Below, in pieces: positions 1 through 10,524 of a stretch of 64,000 nucleotides of DNA. Source of the stretch: Armatimonadota bacterium (GTDB lineage: Bacteria > Armatimonadota > HRBIN16); assembly GCA_963677485.1 (NCBI GenBank), contig OY781964.1, positions 4,736,001-4,800,000 on the forward strand. The letters run 5' to 3'. Within the stretch, counting starts at the first letter, position 1. Each line of letters starts with the position of its first letter. The position numbers and the translations under genes are program-made. Under the pieces are notes generated by a model, which was not told the origin of the DNA, did no database searches, and was given only the letters and a program-made list of their open reading frames with translations.

Positions 1-1888
1 GTACGACGTTGGTCAGGAAGCTGGCTTTACCTGAGAAATCGACTATTGATATGCCCGCCGTTGCAGGGTCGCTTGTTGAGGCATTTGGGCCCGCCCGTCC
101 AGGAGCAATTTGCGCTCCGCTCAGTGTAAATGTGCCGGAACCTCTCAACTGCGTGAATGTGGTGGGCTGACCTTCGTACCAGATATCCTGGGCCATCAAC
201 CGTCCACCGTTCTCTACACTATACATAGCAGCACAATTGCTGGAGGCCCCGCCGAACAGTAATGTGCGCGTATTGGTGGGCTTGCCTTGCGCTGCCTTCT
301 CACTGCCAACCACTTTCAAACCAGCTTTACACGAAGGGTAGAAGCTGCGCAGCATCACATCCGTGTTCGCCAGCTGGTTAACCAGTAGCGCCTGGTTGCT
401 GCCATTCACGATCACATCATCTCCAAAGACACGGGAGCTTGGTTGATCACAGTTCGCTACAGTAAGCCCGTTCTGCTTATCACTCCCGCTCATTTTGAAG
501 TCTCGCAGGGTCACGTGACTCGGTCCTTTCAGCATCAGCATAGAGCTTCCAGCAGTACCTTCCCAGTGAAGATGCGTTTGATAGCCATCACCTACGAGTT
601 GCAGGTCGCTACCGGCGGGTAGCACTATCGGTTTGGTGATTTTATACTCACCTATGGGTATGTGTACCACAGCGCGCTGACCAGTAAGCTTCAAGGCCTT
701 CCCGATCGCGGCTGAAATAGCTGCCTCACCGGAATTCTTTGGCACTTCGAATATCTTGCGTTGTTTGTTCATGGGAGCCGCCACCACCGGGTAGTCTGGG
801 ATGCGGATTTCACTGGCTTGCTTGGTTTGAGATCCGATTTCCAGCAGTCGGCCGGTCACATTGAGTGCTTTGGTAGAGTTGCTGATATTCCCAACCCCTA
901 CATATTCGGCGGGTACATAGGCCCAGCAGAATATCGGAGGCGAACTGACGAATTTGGGGGTTTGTATGATGGTGTTGTCAATGAACAGCGACGGTCCCGC
1001 GTTGAGCACACAGATCGGATTTACCTCTGTGGCATCCAGCACTGTATTACCTTGCACGGTCAGTGGTACCGCCCAACCGCCGATCATGCGTGAATCGACA
1101 AACCTGCGGGAACCGCGTGAGATATTGTGCCGAATACTGAAATAGCCAGCATTGCCTGTCACCACATCGGCGACGGTGCTGCGTGTAAACTGGCAGCGAT
1201 AAACATGGTAGTGACCAGCACCAGGATCATTCGTGACACCCATGGCGCAGTCTATGAATTCACTGTCCCAGATAAACCAGTCGAGTGCGTTGAAACTCTG
1301 AATCCTCACCCCAGCGTGGCTAAGGCGGATAAACTTACACCGAAGCACGTTTGTCTCGGCATCCATGAAGTGAGGTCGTCCTGCCCGGATTCCGATTGCC
1401 ATATCCATGAATACTTCATCGGCATGTTGTAATCCTGTCGCGGCGTTCGGTGTTTGTCCATCCCATTCGTGGGCGTAGGCAGTCACCGGCTTTCCTTGAC
1501 CATTCCAGGTGATGCGTCCGAATTTGCTGTATCTGACCCCGTTACACATCATCATCACACCGTCATCAGCACCATCCCAGATGATGCTGGTCTTTACCGG
1601 ATCCTCACCCATGACCATCACGTTCATATGCGAGGTCATGGTAAGTCCTTTGGTGATTCGATATCGTCCGGCAGGTATATAGAGAACCCCTGCCTTTTGC
1701 GGAAACTCGTTCAAAGCGCGCTGCAAGGCCTCTGTGTCGTCGGTCTTGCCGTCGCCTACAGCTCCACATGATTTCACGCTGACCCAACTGGGGAATGGTC
1801 CGACAAACTCCTCGGGGTCATGACGAGCTTGTGCGGAACATAGGGAAGTGGCGAGGATGACTAGTAAGGCAGTGATATTCAGCTTCAT
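1..1888 (-). CDS. Secreted pectate lyase superfamily (Pectate_lyase_3 / GH28-GH55-like beta-helix) protein, 3' end outside window
   Basis: Read manually (not in ORF track): ATG at 1888 after GGAGG; MKLNITALLVILATSLCSAQA signal peptide, then FPSWVSVKSCGAVGDGKTDDTEALQRAL, the classic N-terminal beta-helix motif; a second such module (AISAAIGKAL...VVHIPIGEYKITKPIVLP...LQLVGDG) near 590-760. Confidence 0.8.
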   Translation of the reverse strand, partial: MKLNITALLVILATSLCSAQARHDPEEFVGPFPSWVSVKSCGAVGDGKTDDTEALQRALNEFPQKAGVLYIPAGRYRITKGLTMTSHMNVMVMGEDPVKTSIIWDGADDGVMMMCNGVRYSKFGRITWNGQGKPVTAYAHEWDGQTPNAATGLQHADEVFMDMAIGIRAGRPHFMDAETNVLRCKFIRLSHAGVRIQSFNALDWFIWDSEFIDCAMGVTNDPGAGHYHVYRCQFTRSTVADVVTGNAGYFSIRHNISRGSRRFVDSRMIGGWAVPLTVQGNTVLDATEVNPICVLNAGPSLFIDNTIIQTPKFVSSPPIFCWAYVPAEYVGVGNISNSTKALNVTGRLLEIGSQTKQASEIRIPDYPVVAAPMNKQRKIFEVPKNSGEAAISAAIGKALKLTGQRAVVHIPIGEYKITKPIVLPAGSDLQLVGDGYQTHLHWEGTAGSSMLMLKGPSHVTLRDFKMSGSDKQNGLTVANCDQPSSRVFGDDVIVNGSNQALLVNQLANTDVMLRSFYPSCKAGLKVVGSEKAAQGKPTNTRTLLFGGASSNCAAMYSVENGGRLMAQDIWYEGQPTTFTQLRGSGTFTLSGAQIAPGRAGPNASTSDPATAGISIVDFSGKASFLTNVV

Positions 1889-1996
1889 ATTGCCTCCAAA
1901 TGCCGTGTGGAAGATGGCATATGGATTAGACGAAGCTCTGGGAGCCAGTGTTTCGAGGTTTGCGGAAGAACCGAGTGGTGCAAAACGGAGGAAAAA

Positions 1997-2073
1997 TGGC
2001 GGGGATGACGGGGCTCGAACCCGCGACCTCAGGCGTGACAGGCCTGCGCTCTAACCAACTGAGCTACACCCCC
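1997..2073 (-). tRNA. tRNA-Asp(GTC), copy 3 in transcription order
   Basis: GGGGGTGTAGCTCAGTTGGTTAGAGCGCAGGCCTGTCACGCCTGAGGTCGCGGGTTCGAGCCCCGTCATCCCCGCCA; cloverleaf, GTC anticodon, encoded CCA. Confidence 0.97.
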
Positions 2074-2091
2074 AAATGGGTTGGTGAATAC

Positions 2092-2167
2092 TGGAGCCGA
2101 CGAGGGGACTCGAACCCCTGACCTACGCATTACGAGTGCGTCGCTCTACCAACTGAGCTACGTCGGC
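2092..2167 (-). tRNA. tRNA-Thr(CGT)
   Basis: GCCGACGTAGCTCAGTTGGTAGAGCGACGCACTCGTAATGCGTAGGTCAGGGGTTCGAGTCCCCTCGTCGGCTCCA. Confidence 0.96.
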
Positions 2168-2176
2168 GGGCGTAAA

Positions 2177-2252
2177 TGGTGCCACAGGGCGGGATCGAAC
2201 CGCCGACACCGGGATTTTCAGTCCCGTGCTCTACCAACTGAGCTACCGTGGC
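2177..2252 (-). tRNA. tRNA-Phe(GAA), copy 2
   Basis: GCCACGGTAGCTCAGTTGGTAGAGCACGGGACTGAAAATCCCGGTGTCGGCGGTTCGATCCCGCCCTGTGGCACCA. Confidence 0.97.
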
Positions 2253-2267
2253 ATGAAAGGTTCAGAA

Positions 2268-2344
2268 TGGCGGGGATGACGGGGCTCGAACCCGCGACCT
2301 CAGGCGTGACAGGCCTGCGCTCTAACCAACTGAGCTACACCCCC
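2268..2344 (-). tRNA. tRNA-Asp(GTC), copy 2
   Basis: Identical to 1997-2073. Confidence 0.97.
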
Positions 2345-2358
2345 ACATGGGTTGGGTC

Positions 2359-2434
2359 AGGAGAAGACAAAGGGTCTCGAAACCCCTGATCTGCATTAAC
2401 CGAAACACGCACCATCGCAGTCGGTTATGCGACG
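2359..2434 (-). pseudogene. Degenerate tRNA-Thr relic
   Basis: Plus strand aggagaagacaaagggtctcgaaacccctgatctgcatta aligns with tRNA-Thr tggagccgacgaggggactcgaacccctgacctacgcatta; same slot between Asp and Phe and similar flanking spacer (atgggttgg); stems and anticodon are broken. Confidence 0.7.
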
Positions 2435-2446
2435 ATAGCAAGGGAA

Positions 2447-2522
2447 TGGTGCCACAGGGCGGGATCGAACCGCCGACACCGGGATTTTCAGTCCCGTGCT
2501 CTACCAACTGAGCTACCGTGGC
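2447..2522 (-). tRNA. tRNA-Phe(GAA), copy 1
   Basis: Identical to 2177-2252. Confidence 0.97.
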
Positions 2523-2537
2523 ACGAAAGGCGCAAAA

Positions 2538-2614
2538 TGGCGGGGATGACGGGGCTCGAACCCGCGACCTCAGGCGTGACAGGCCTGCGCTCTAACCAAC
2601 TGAGCTACACCCCC
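2538..2614 (-). tRNA. tRNA-Asp(GTC), copy 1
   Basis: Identical to 1997-2073. Confidence 0.97.
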
Positions 2615-2628
2615 GCGTAACGAGAGCA

Positions 2629-2704
2629 TGGTGGGCTGAACAGGACTCGAACCTGTGACCACTTCCTTGTAAGGGAAGCGCTCTACCAACTGAGCTACCA
2701 GCCC
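2629..2704 (-). tRNA. tRNA-Val(TAC)
   Basis: GGGCTGGTAGCTCAGTTGGTAGAGCGCTTCCCTTACAAGGAAGTGGTCACAGGTTCGAGTCCTGTTCAGCCCACCA. Confidence 0.96.
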
Positions 2705-2740
2705 GAATTTCACCGTGTTTCATGCTCACACGCAGGAGTT

Positions 2741-2769
2741 ATTATGCCAAAGCTAGAGAGATTTGTCAA
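2741..2769 (-). promoter_or_regulatory. Sigma70-type promoter of the tRNA operon
   Basis: TTGACA-17 bp-CATAAT about 35 bp upstream of tRNA-Val. Confidence 0.8.
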
Positions 2770-2808
2770 GCTTCGCCCGCTTCGGCATCCAACTTGCGTC
2801 TGGATAAT

Positions 2809-2836
2809 GAAACGCCCCTGCTGCCAGGGGCGTTTC
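2809..2836 (-). terminator. Hairpin terminator after ilvD
   Basis: GAAACGCCCCTG-ctgc-CAGGGGCGTTTC perfect 12-bp stem. Confidence 0.7.
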
Positions 2837-2863
2837 TCGTCAATGTTAATACCGCCAGCGCCG

Positions 2864-4543
2864 CTACTCTAGAACGGCACCCTTATTGGCACTTGTGGCC
2901 ATACGGGCGTATCTCTTCAACCAGCCCGTCAGTTTACGGTCAGGAGCTACCGGTGGGTTCTGCTTGCGTAAGGCGATCTCTTCGTCGCTAAGCTTTGCCA
3001 CTAGTTTACTGTTGGGGATATCGATGCTGATGATGTCGCCATCCTTCAGCAGCCCAATCAGACCGCCCTCAGCCGCCTCAGGGCTAACATGGCCAATACA
3101 TGCACCGTGCGTGCCACCTGAGAAGCGTCCGTCCGTGATGAGGGCCACAGATTCGCCTAGACCTTGTCCCATGATGTAGCTGGTGGGTCCAAGCATCTCT
3201 TGCATGCCCGGTCCGCCCTTGGGGCCTTCGTAGCGAATGACGACCACGTCGCCCTTATGCACTTTGCCAGCAAGGATGTTCTCGCAGGCTTCCTCTTCGG
3301 AGTTGTAGATCACCGCTTTGCCTTCAAATACCATCATATTCGGTGCGACCCCAGCGGATTTCACCACGGCACCATTCTCAGCCAGGTTGCCAAACAGCAC
3401 GGCTAGTCCACCGGTCTTGCTGTAGGCGTTCTCAATCTTGCGGATGCACTGATCGTCCTTGATTTCGCAGTCAGCGATGTTTTCGCCCAGCGTTTTGCCA
3501 GTGACGGTCATGCAGGAGGTGTCAAGCAAGCCAGGTATACGGCTGATTTCCTTCAGAATGGCCCCGATGCCACCCGCATCATCCACGTCCTTCATGTGAT
3601 ACTGGCTGCTTGGAGACACCTTGCATATGTTGGGTATGATCTGGCTGAGCTCGTTGATCCGGTTCAGGTCATAGTCGATACCAGCCTCGGAACACACCGC
3701 CAGGGAGTGCAAGACCGTATTGGTCGAGCCGCCCATGGCCATATCGAGTGTGAGCGCATTGTCGATACTGCGCTTGGTCAAGATATCCAGCGGTTTGATG
3801 TCTTTTTCGACCAGCATCATGATGGTCTCACCCGCTTTGCGGTAGAGAGCCACACGTTCTGGGTTTAGTTTATCTTTGGTGCCGGCCAGAATAGTGCCAT
3901 TACCGGGCAGAGCTAACCCAAGTGCCTCGCACAGGCAGTTCATGCTGTTTGCGGTGAACATACCGCTGCATGAGCCACAGGTGGGGCATCCTCGGTCTTC
4001 CAGCATTTTCAGTCGCTCATCGTCGATCTGGCCCATTTTGTGTTTGGCCACGCCTTCGAAGACGCTGATCAAGTCTACTGGATTGCCCTCATCGTCATAT
4101 CCGGTGGCCATCGGACCACCGCTGATGAATAGCGTAGGCACATTCAAGCGCATGGCGGCCATCATCATACCTGGCACGATTTTGTCGCAGTTTGGTATAC
4201 ACACCATACCATCAAGGCAGTGCGCTTTCATGACCGTCTCAACGCAGTCTGCAATCAGCTCGCGGCTGGGCAGAGAGTATTTCATGCCCATATGCCCCAT
4301 GGCGATGCCATCATCTACACCAATGGTATTAAACTCAAAGGGGACGCCGCCCGCATCGCGGATGGCTTGTTTGATGATTTCACCGACCTTGTTAAGATGT
4401 ACATGGCCTGGGATGATTTCGATGAAGGAGTTGCAGACGCCGATGAACGGCTTCCGCATATCTGCATCGGTCACACCTGTCGCTTTCAGCAAGGAACGAT
4501 GCGGTGCTCTTTCGAACCCGCGTTTGATGGTATCGCTGCGCAT
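2864..4543 (-). CDS. ilvD: Dihydroxy-acid dehydratase
   Basis: Motifs [65 protein letters not shown]. Confidence 0.97.
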   Translation of the reverse strand: MRSDTIKRGFERAPHRSLLKATGVTDADMRKPFIGVCNSFIEIIPGHVHLNKVGEIIKQAIRDAGGVPFEFNTIGVDDGIAMGHMGMKYSLPSRELIADCVETVMKAHCLDGMVCIPNCDKIVPGMMMAAMRLNVPTLFISGGPMATGYDDEGNPVDLISVFEGVAKHKMGQIDDERLKMLEDRGCPTCGSCSGMFTANSMNCLCEALGLALPGNGTILAGTKDKLNPERVALYRKAGETIMMLVEKDIKPLDILTKRSIDNALTLDMAMGGSTNTVLHSLAVCSEAGIDYDLNRINELSQIIPNICKVSPSSQYHMKDVDDAGGIGAILKEISRIPGLLDTSCMTVTGKTLGENIADCEIKDDQCIRKIENAYSKTGGLAVLFGNLAENGAVVKSAGVAPNMMVFEGKAVIYNSEEEACENILAGKVHKGDVVVIRYEGPKGGPGMQEMLGPTSYIMGQGLGESVALITDGRFSGGTHGACIGHVSPEAAEGGLIGLLKDGDIISIDIPNSKLVAKLSDEEIALRKQNPPVAPDRKLTGWLKRYARMATSANKGAVLE

Positions 4544-4624
4544 TTTAGCGCCTCCTTGATTTCGGATTGTATATAATTAGTATAACTCCACTCACTGAAC
4601 ACGTAAATAATGCGAGGATAACTG

Positions 4625-5539
4625 ATGAAACCACAGCGTATCGCCGCGATGGATTTAGGATCAAACTCGTTCCTGCTCACCATAGTACAGACAGGCATTG
4701 AAGGAATCCGCACGCTGCATGATAGCTGCATCATCACGCAATTGTCGAAGGATATGGATGAACATAAAAACATGGCCCAGGAATCCATCACACGGGGGCT
4801 TGCCGCCGTCCGGCAGTTTGAAGATATCTTGACTAAGTACGAGGTAGACGTGCTTTTACCGGTTGGGACAGCAGTTTTCCGTAAAGCGGCCAACTCACAG
4901 ATATTCCTTGATGAAGTAAAAAAGATACTGGGTACCGAAGTCGAGGTAATTTCCGGCCAGCGTGAGGCGGAATTGAGCTTCAACAGCATCGCTAAAGACC
5001 CGATATTCGCAGGAACACCCGATTTATGTGTGGTGGACCTTGGCGGAGGTAGTGCCGAGATCGCCTCGACAGGAACATCAGGCATGACCCTCAGCAGCTT
5101 CCCGATAGGGGCCATGGCCATGAAACAAGCGCATGTCTCTCATGATCCAGTCACCGATGAGGAAATCGCTGCTATCACGGAGAGCGTCCGTAACTGTTGC
5201 GAAGACTTGAAAGCAGGACACAGGTCTGTGGTTGGTGTAGGTGGTGCATTTGTAAACTTTGGCGGGTACAATCTGGGCGCGTTGAACCTCGAGGCGATTC
5301 ATGGCATGAGCATCACCACACAGCAGCTCGATATGATCGTACAACGACTATGTGCTGCCACTGAAGACCAACGCAAGCAGATTCCTGGCCTGGAACCGGA
5401 GCGGGCAGGCGTCATTCATGTCAGCGCCATTGTGGCCTCAGAGCTAATGAGGGTGCTTGGTGTCAGCCAATTCCGAGTGAGCGTCAAAGGGTTACGCTGG
5501 GGAGTGATATATGAGGCGTGCGATGCGAGTCGGCATTGA
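4625..5539 (+). CDS. ppx: Ppx/GppA exopolyphosphatase family (short form)
   Basis: ASKHA motifs DLGSNS, REAELSF, DLGGGSAE, GLRWG. Confidence 0.88.
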   Translation: MKPQRIAAMDLGSNSFLLTIVQTGIEGIRTLHDSCIITQLSKDMDEHKNMAQESITRGLAAVRQFEDILTKYEVDVLLPVGTAVFRKAANSQIFLDEVKKILGTEVEVISGQREAELSFNSIAKDPIFAGTPDLCVVDLGGGSAEIASTGTSGMTLSSFPIGAMAMKQAHVSHDPVTDEEIAAITESVRNCCEDLKAGHRSVVGVGGAFVNFGGYNLGALNLEAIHGMSITTQQLDMIVQRLCAATEDQRKQIPGLEPERAGVIHVSAIVASELMRVLGVSQFRVSVKGLRWGVIYEACDASRH

Positions 5540-6623
5540 CGCCCGCTGCCTGACCGGGGCATATACCGGCGACCGTACATACTGGGAGGGGCTCATTGGC
5601 GGGCTCGCTTCCCTGAGTGTGGGTTTGGAGCTTGTGCTGTTCAGTGATCGGGACATCCCGGCTGGAGTGGTCCCAGCGGCTGCGAATATCAAGCAGGTAG
5701 TCGTACCATCGCGCTGGGGGCGGTATTTCAGTTTTGTACAGCTCCCTCATGCGGCGTTCCAGCATCGGTGCGATGTGGTGCATGTTCAGTATAGTGTCTC
5801 GCCGATGTTTCGCATGCCTGTCGTGACCACTATACACGACATATCATTCATGCTCTACCCAGATTGTTTCCGGCCAAAAGATCGCTGGCTACTGTCGCAC
5901 AGTGTGCCTGCGGCGATTCGCCGTGCGGCTCAAGTGATCACCGTATCGGAGAGCAGCCGTAATGACATCATCAAGGCGATGCATGTCGACCCAGCCAAAA
6001 TCCATGCTACTCCACTCGCTGTGCCCACACGGTTGCGTGCGGATTCGGCAGTGTCAGAAGATTTGCTTTCCGATGAGGAGACAAGAACTGGGTATTTCAT
6101 GCTGCTAGGTGTCAGGCAGCCGAGGAAGAACCTTCCGCTAGCTGTCCGAGCATACGCGCGTTACCGTGAGATGGGTGGTATGTCCCAACTGCTGATCGTC
6201 GGAAAAGCGGGTTGGGGTGAAGACACATTAACGAATACGGTGAACCAGTGTGGCGTCCGTGAGCATGTCAGGATCACCGGCTATGTGAAGGATAACCAGC
6301 TCCACGCTCTGTATAGCCGCGCCGAGGCTCTGTTGTATCCCAGCCTGTATGAAGGTTTTGGTTTACCGCCACTAGAAGCGATGAGCCTGGGATGCCCGGT
6401 GATCGCCTCTGACATACCGGTCATGCATGAAGTATGCGGTGATGCCGCCATATTACTACCTCCTATAGAAGCAGGTCCGTGGGCGGATGCGATGCTGAGC
6501 CTCACACCTGAATGTCGAAAACAACGATCCGACTTAGGCAAAGACAGATCGTCACGGTTTAGTTGGACGGAAACCGCTATTCAAACGTACAATATATACA
6601 AGCTGGCACACGGTGCAGGCTAG
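5523..6623 (+). CDS. GT4 family glycosyltransferase
   Basis: MRVGIDAR start, VTTIHD, ITVSESS, PRKN, YEGFGLPPLEAM. Confidence 0.93.
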   Translation: MRVGIDARCLTGAYTGDRTYWEGLIGGLASLSVGLELVLFSDRDIPAGVVPAAANIKQVVVPSRWGRYFSFVQLPHAAFQHRCDVVHVQYSVSPMFRMPVVTTIHDISFMLYPDCFRPKDRWLLSHSVPAAIRRAAQVITVSESSRNDIIKAMHVDPAKIHATPLAVPTRLRADSAVSEDLLSDEETRTGYFMLLGVRQPRKNLPLAVRAYARYREMGGMSQLLIVGKAGWGEDTLTNTVNQCGVREHVRITGYVKDNQLHALYSRAEALLYPSLYEGFGLPPLEAMSLGCPVIASDIPVMHEVCGDAAILLPPIEAGPWADAMLSLTPECRKQRSDLGKDRSSRFSWTETAIQTYNIYKLAHGAG

Positions 6624-6658
6624 ATACCGTATGAATACATTAGGTGGAGCACACAAAG

Positions 6659-7261
6659 ATGAATGAAACACGCTGTAAGGAAATAGAGTTACTGACGGCG
6701 GCTCAGCGTGGTGATAATCAGGCGTTTGATCGGCTGGTGATGAACAACCAGAAGGCGATATTCCGCGCCGTCATGCGTGACTGTGTGGATCCCGATCTTG
6801 CCGCTGATGTGATGCAGGATGCGCTGATCCGCGCGTATAAGTCGCTACCCGCATTCCGCGGCGAAGCCAGCTTTAGCACCTGGTTCTTCCGTATTGCCCG
6901 TAATGTTTGTTGGCGGCGAAAACAACAGTTGAAGAGCCAGGATACCGTGTCGCTGGACCAGCCTGTATTCACTAACAGCGATGCCGATTCGATGGTCAGG
7001 CAGGTGGTGGACTACTACGCAGAGAACCCTCAGGAAACACTTCTGGAAAATGAAGTGAAAGAGAGGATATCAGCCGCAGTGGAGAGCCTTCCGAGCAGTC
7101 TTCGGGCAGTGCTGGTACTCCGCGATATGGAAGATCAAAGCACTCAAGAGACAGCAGATAAGCTCGGTATCACAACCATGGCAGTCAAGGCACGCCTTCA
7201 TCGGGCTCGAGCCGCACTCCGACTAAAACTGCAGGACTACTTTACGGAAGAGACACTTTGA
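6659..7261 (+). CDS. ECF (group 4) RNA polymerase sigma factor
   Basis: AAQRGDNQAF, DVMQDALIRAY, FSTWFFRIARN, region 4 KARLHRARAALR; GGAG 9 nt before ATG. Confidence 0.92.
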   Translation: MNETRCKEIELLTAAQRGDNQAFDRLVMNNQKAIFRAVMRDCVDPDLAADVMQDALIRAYKSLPAFRGEASFSTWFFRIARNVCWRRKQQLKSQDTVSLDQPVFTNSDADSMVRQVVDYYAENPQETLLENEVKERISAAVESLPSSLRAVLVLRDMEDQSTQETADKLGITTMAVKARLHRARAALRLKLQDYFTEETL

Positions 7262-7317
7262 CGAGTAATGAAGCATCCTGTACAATGACATCGATGCGCA
7301 GGAGGTGACAACTCGCT

Positions 7318-7764
7318 ATGAAACTGGCTTTAGGTGGCGATCACGCCATTACAGATATTAAGGATTCTTTGATTTCGGAACTGCAGTCAAGTGGTCATGA
7401 AGTGCTTTACTTTGGCAGCCACAACGGCGAAGCGATTGATTATCCCGATGTTGCCGAACAGGTGGCTCACAGTATTCTCAATAACGATGCAAAACTTGGT
7501 ATTCTAGTCTGCGGTACCGGGGTTGGCATGAGCATAGCCGCGAATAAAATACCCGGCATACGTTGTGCCCATGCACAAGACCCCGTAACATCCGCGCTGG
7601 GACGCAACCACAACGATGCGAATATGCTGGCCGTCGGGCAACGGATATTGGGTTTTGAGCTGATGATAGAAACCATTAAGGCATTCATCGGCACCGAATT
7701 TTCTAACGGCGAACGGCATAAGCGACGGGTAAGTAAAATCAAGGCGATACAAGACAAGAGATAG
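7318..7764 (+). CDS. rpiB: Ribose-5-phosphate isomerase B
   Basis: GDHA, DYPD, CGTGVGMSIAANK, HNDAN, RHKRRV. Confidence 0.95.
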   Translation: MKLALGGDHAITDIKDSLISELQSSGHEVLYFGSHNGEAIDYPDVAEQVAHSILNNDAKLGILVCGTGVGMSIAANKIPGIRCAHAQDPVTSALGRNHNDANMLAVGQRILGFELMIETIKAFIGTEFSNGERHKRRVSKIKAIQDKR

Positions 7765-7779
7765 AGAAGGGGTAGTTGA

Positions 7780-9051
7780 ATGTCAGAAACAAAATCCGTG
7801 ATGGAGTTACATCGAACGACCCCGCTCTGCGAGGCTGATCCTGCTGTATTCGCTGCAATTGAAGCTGAAAAGACCCGTCAGAACAATCATCTGGAACTCA
7901 TCGCTTCTGAGAATATCGCCAGCAAGGCTGTTCTTGAGGCACTTGGCTCCGTGATGACTGACAAATACGCCGAAGGGTATCCTGGCAAGCGCTATTATGG
8001 CGGCTGCGACTGCGTAGACGTCGTTGAGACACTTGCGATAGATCGCGCGAAAGAGCTCTTCAAAGCCGACCATGCGAATGTCCAACCCCACTCAGGTGCA
8101 CAAGCCAACCAGGGGGTGTACAGCATATTCATGCATCCTGGCGATACGCTGCTGGCTATGGACCTGTCGATGGGCGGCCATCTGACGCACGGTAGCCCGG
8201 TGAATTTCTCAGGAATACTTTACAACGCCGTCCATTACGGTGTGGATAAAGAGACCGAATACATCGACATGAACGTGGTTCGTGACCTGGCCATCAAGCA
8301 CAAACCTAAGGTGATTGTGTCTGGTGCGAGCTGCTATCCACGCACACTGGATTTCGAAGCCTTCCGCTCCATCTGCGACGAAGTCGGTGCATACATGATG
8401 GTAGATATGGCGCACATCGCTGGCTTAGTAGCCGCTGGTGAGCACCCATCACCAGTGCCCTATGCAGACTTCGTAACCACCACTACCCACAAGACATTGC
8501 GCGGTCCGCGTGGCGCGATGATCCTGTGCAAAGAAGAGCATGCTGCTGCCGTTGACAAGGCTGTGTTCCCAGGTATGCAGGGTGGGCCACTGATGCATGC
8601 CATAGCCGCGAAAGCGGTCTGTTTTGGCGAGGCATTAAAGCCTTCGTTCAATACCTATCAACACCAGGTCAAGCTGAACGCTGCCGCACTCGCTGCCGCG
8701 TTGAAGACACTTGGGTATCGGCTGGTATCTGGCGGCACTGACAACCATCTCATGCTGGTGGATCTGCGAACTGCCGGTGTCACAGGACGCAAGGCTCAGA
8801 CCGTGCTCGATAAGGTGTTCATCACCGTAAATCGCAACATGATCCCCTTTGACCCGGAGAAGCCGTTTGTGACCAGTGGTGTCCGCTTAGGCACACCATG
8901 TGTCACCACACGTGGACTGACAGAGGTTCAGATGCCTGTGATAGCCGAACTCATTGACCGCGTGTTGAAGAATGCCGATGACAAAGAGCTGCGTGCAGTC
9001 GTGCGCAATGAGGTGAAAGCCTTATGTCAGCAGTTCCCGGTATTGGCATGA
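7780..9051 (+). CDS. glyA: Serine hydroxymethyltransferase
   Basis: [30 protein letters not shown] lysine motif [12 protein letters not shown]. Confidence 0.98.
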   Translation: MSETKSVMELHRTTPLCEADPAVFAAIEAEKTRQNNHLELIASENIASKAVLEALGSVMTDKYAEGYPGKRYYGGCDCVDVVETLAIDRAKELFKADHANVQPHSGAQANQGVYSIFMHPGDTLLAMDLSMGGHLTHGSPVNFSGILYNAVHYGVDKETEYIDMNVVRDLAIKHKPKVIVSGASCYPRTLDFEAFRSICDEVGAYMMVDMAHIAGLVAAGEHPSPVPYADFVTTTTHKTLRGPRGAMILCKEEHAAAVDKAVFPGMQGGPLMHAIAAKAVCFGEALKPSFNTYQHQVKLNAAALAAALKTLGYRLVSGGTDNHLMLVDLRTAGVTGRKAQTVLDKVFITVNRNMIPFDPEKPFVTSGVRLGTPCVTTRGLTEVQMPVIAELIDRVLKNADDKELRAVVRNEVKALCQQFPVLA

Positions 9052-9533
9052 GTTTGGATCACGTGACAGAAGACCGCCCCTCATGGGACGAATACTTCAT
9101 GTCGATCGCTAAGCAGGTCGCCACTCGGGCGACCTGCCCAAGACGCTCGGTAGGGGCCGTCATCGTATTAGACAAACGAATCTTGACGACTGGGTATAAC
9201 GGTGCTCCCAAAGGCCTGAAGCACTGCCCACCAGGTGGCGACCTTCTCGAATGGCCCATGGGCTGTCTTAAGGATGGCCACTGTATACGTGCAGTACATG
9301 CGGAGCAAAACGCCATTTTGCAGGCGGCTTTGAACGGTGTGAGCACTAGAGGAGCTACAGTTTACGTGACCTGCCAGCCATGCAACAACTGTGCAAAAAT
9401 GATCATTAACTGCGGCATCGTGCGTGTGGTGTTTGAGGGAGCATACCCAGACCCATTCGCGATGGAGCTGTTTGATGAGGCCAAGATTCAACTGGTGCAT
9501 CTGCCAGATAAAACGCCAACCGACGGTAAGTGA
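9048..9533 (+). CDS. dCMP deaminase / ComEB family
   Basis: [25 protein letters not shown] zinc motifs; ATGA overlap with glyA stop. Confidence 0.92.
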   Translation: MSLDHVTEDRPSWDEYFMSIAKQVATRATCPRRSVGAVIVLDKRILTTGYNGAPKGLKHCPPGGDLLEWPMGCLKDGHCIRAVHAEQNAILQAALNGVSTRGATVYVTCQPCNNCAKMIINCGIVRVVFEGAYPDPFAMELFDEAKIQLVHLPDKTPTDGK

Positions 9534-10519
9534 TGCGTATTGCCCTCGTTACCTTCATATTGTCCTTATTCATCTCAGTTGCGCTCACTCCGTTTGTCGC
9601 CAAATTTGCCCGCAAAATGGGAGCGGTTGACCATGCAGATAAAATGGCGAACGGCGAAAGCCGCAGGATGCACAACTACGCCATCCCCCGCTGGGGTGGG
9701 ATCGCCATCTATTTCGCATTCTGGATAGCTACCCTGGCCATGTGCTGGTTGTTCCGTTTGCATACACCTAGCTGGGTCATTTTCGGATGCGGTAGTTTGA
9801 TTGCGTTATTCGGCCTTTTAGATGATCGCTACCAATATCCGGCATGGATTCAAGCCATCGTGCTGTTAACCGCTGGTGCCATCACGGCGATATATGGTGG
9901 AGTACGAATTACAGGCATCACTAACCCTTTGGCTCCTTTGGAATTTACAGGATACAATCCCGCCCATTGGCTGCCGATGGGGCTTTTTGCGATACCTGTG
10001 ACTATGATCTGGATTTTCGTCGTCACAAAGACTTTTGATACCATTGATGGTTTGGATGGTTTAGCATCGGGCACTGCAGCGATCGCCGCATCTACAATCA
10101 CATTGATGGCTCTAGTCGAGAAATCACCAACGGTGGCCATACCAAGTGCCGCATTAGCCGGTGCAGCCATCGGATTTCTGGCCTACAACTACAATCCAGC
10201 AAGCATCATCATGGGCACGGTCGGTGCACAGTTTATCGGCTATATGCTGTCAGTGTTGGCCATCATGGGTGCGTTTAAGCTGGCTGCCACAGTCTCTGTC
10301 GCGGTGCCATTGCTGGTATTTGCCATTCCATTATTCGATGCTGCTTTTGTGATCTCTCGCCGGCTAGCGGCAGGTGAGAAGATATCGACGGCAGACAAAC
10401 GTCATCTCCATCATTCCCTGCACCGTCGCTTTGGAACTAAAGGCGCCGTCACCATTATCTGGGGGCTGGCAGCCATCGGTTGTCTCGTCTCATTGTCCCT
10501 ATTTTTTGCATCGAGGTAA
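9533..10519 (+). CDS. MraY/WecA/TagO family undecaprenyl-phosphate GlcNAc-1-phosphate transferase
   Basis: Polytopic; PRWGG, GLLDD, DGLDGLA, YNYNPASIIMG, DKRHLHH. Confidence 0.9.
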   Translation: MRIALVTFILSLFISVALTPFVAKFARKMGAVDHADKMANGESRRMHNYAIPRWGGIAIYFAFWIATLAMCWLFRLHTPSWVIFGCGSLIALFGLLDDRYQYPAWIQAIVLLTAGAITAIYGGVRITGITNPLAPLEFTGYNPAHWLPMGLFAIPVTMIWIFVVTKTFDTIDGLDGLASGTAAIAASTITLMALVEKSPTVAIPSAALAGAAIGFLAYNYNPASIIMGTVGAQFIGYMLSVLAIMGAFKLAATVSVAVPLLVFAIPLFDAAFVISRRLAAGEKISTADKRHLHHSLHRRFGTKGAVTIIWGLAAIGCLVSLSLFFASR

Positions 10520-10524
10520 TATTA

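Noticed and set aside
761-1787. Several short ORFs in the track
   Set aside because: Shadows or alternate frames of the minus-strand beta-helix gene, which the track omits because it runs off the window
2081-2507. ORFs of 102 and 61 aa
   Set aside because: They overlap tRNA genes; spurious
3876-5121. Antisense ORFs of 227 and 211 aa over ilvD and ppx
   Set aside because: Fully overlap well-supported genes on the opposite strand and lack motifs
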